Positions 63,456 to 64,000 of a DNA stretch of 64,000 bases are shown here, piece after piece. Each line of letters starts with the position of its first letter. The stretch's first letter is position 1. Under the pieces are notes generated by a model. It did no database searches and had not been told where the DNA came from. It saw nothing but the letters and a program-made list of their open reading frames with translations. A program made the position numbers and the translations under genes. The stretch comes from Oikopleura dioica (Eukaryota > Animalia > Chordata), in contig OU015566.1 of assembly GCA_907165135.1 (NCBI GenBank), positions 13,206,001 to 13,270,000 of the forward strand, given 5' to 3'.

Positions 63456-64000
63456 ATGAAGATTTTTGATTTCCTCGCGAAATCCCGACTCGCTACATAC
63501 ACAAGACTTCAAGAAGCATTCACCGGTCAGAACGACATAGCAGAGCATTTGCAAGGCAATGCCGAGTGTTTTATGAGAGATATGTTGGTTTACGGAGAAA
63601 CGCATCCACTTGACTCTCTTCATGCGGATAATTTGGGCGGACCTCTTCATGAAAGTAAGTTGAAAGAGCCATCTTTATATCCATTAAACGGTTCTCTTGA
63701 CCTTTATTCTAGTGTTTGTCGTCGCAAAAACGCCAGACTCGTTCATGTCCGATAATGGCGAATGCCAAAAAATGAACTTTCGCTGGACAACCAACAAAAT
63801 CGCCGAAGTCACGTCGACACAAGTTACTTCAAACGATAATCTGCGGAGAATGCTTGGAGGCAACGCAAGAAGAAAGATCGAAGGAAGTCGAATGTATGCC
63901 AGAACATCGTTTTACCCAAAGAGTGAAGTGCACATTTTGGATTTTTACTTTGACGAGAGCTCGATGGAGGGGCAAAATGCCCGGCTCAATAAGCATCTTT
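63456..64000 (+). CDS. Tandem paralog of the 60345 gene (truncated by the window end)
   Basis: Shares THPLDSLHADNLGGPLHE, the same first-intron position, and VVAKTP.SFMS..GECQKMNFRWTTNKIAEVTS...RMYART..YP. Confidence 0.85.

Overview
This is gene-dense eukaryotic (animal) DNA, not prokaryotic. Introns are mostly 35-100 nt, several use non-canonical GA or GC donors, and same-strand genes are packed operon-like with splice-acceptor sites just upstream of their ATGs. Together these suggest an appendicularian tunicate such as Oikopleura (inference). Recognisable genes in order: an OB-fold/winged-helix RNA-binding-like protein, sideroflexin, YME1L/FtsH protease, ZMYND11-like, gephyrin, DDX51, ING4/5, a large orphan Pro/Ser/Arg-rich protein, NDUFAF7, BRAT1, a SEPT2-group septin, DNAAF4, a GT31 glycosyltransferase, a GLUT/SLC2A transporter, a 4-domain gelsolin-family protein, a short ODAD4/TTC25, fragmentary Cys-rich/kelch-like genes, SERINC, and a tandem pair of lipocalin-like genes (the complete copy also carries a C-type lectin domain). 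Several MITE-like and foldback elements lie in introns and intergenic DNA. Top lead: an antisense gene nested in an NDUFAF7 intron that encodes a 112-aa protein made almost entirely of GFYYQQP(R/K)Q repeats. All exon boundaries were read by eye, and all family assignments rest on motif recognition without database searches.
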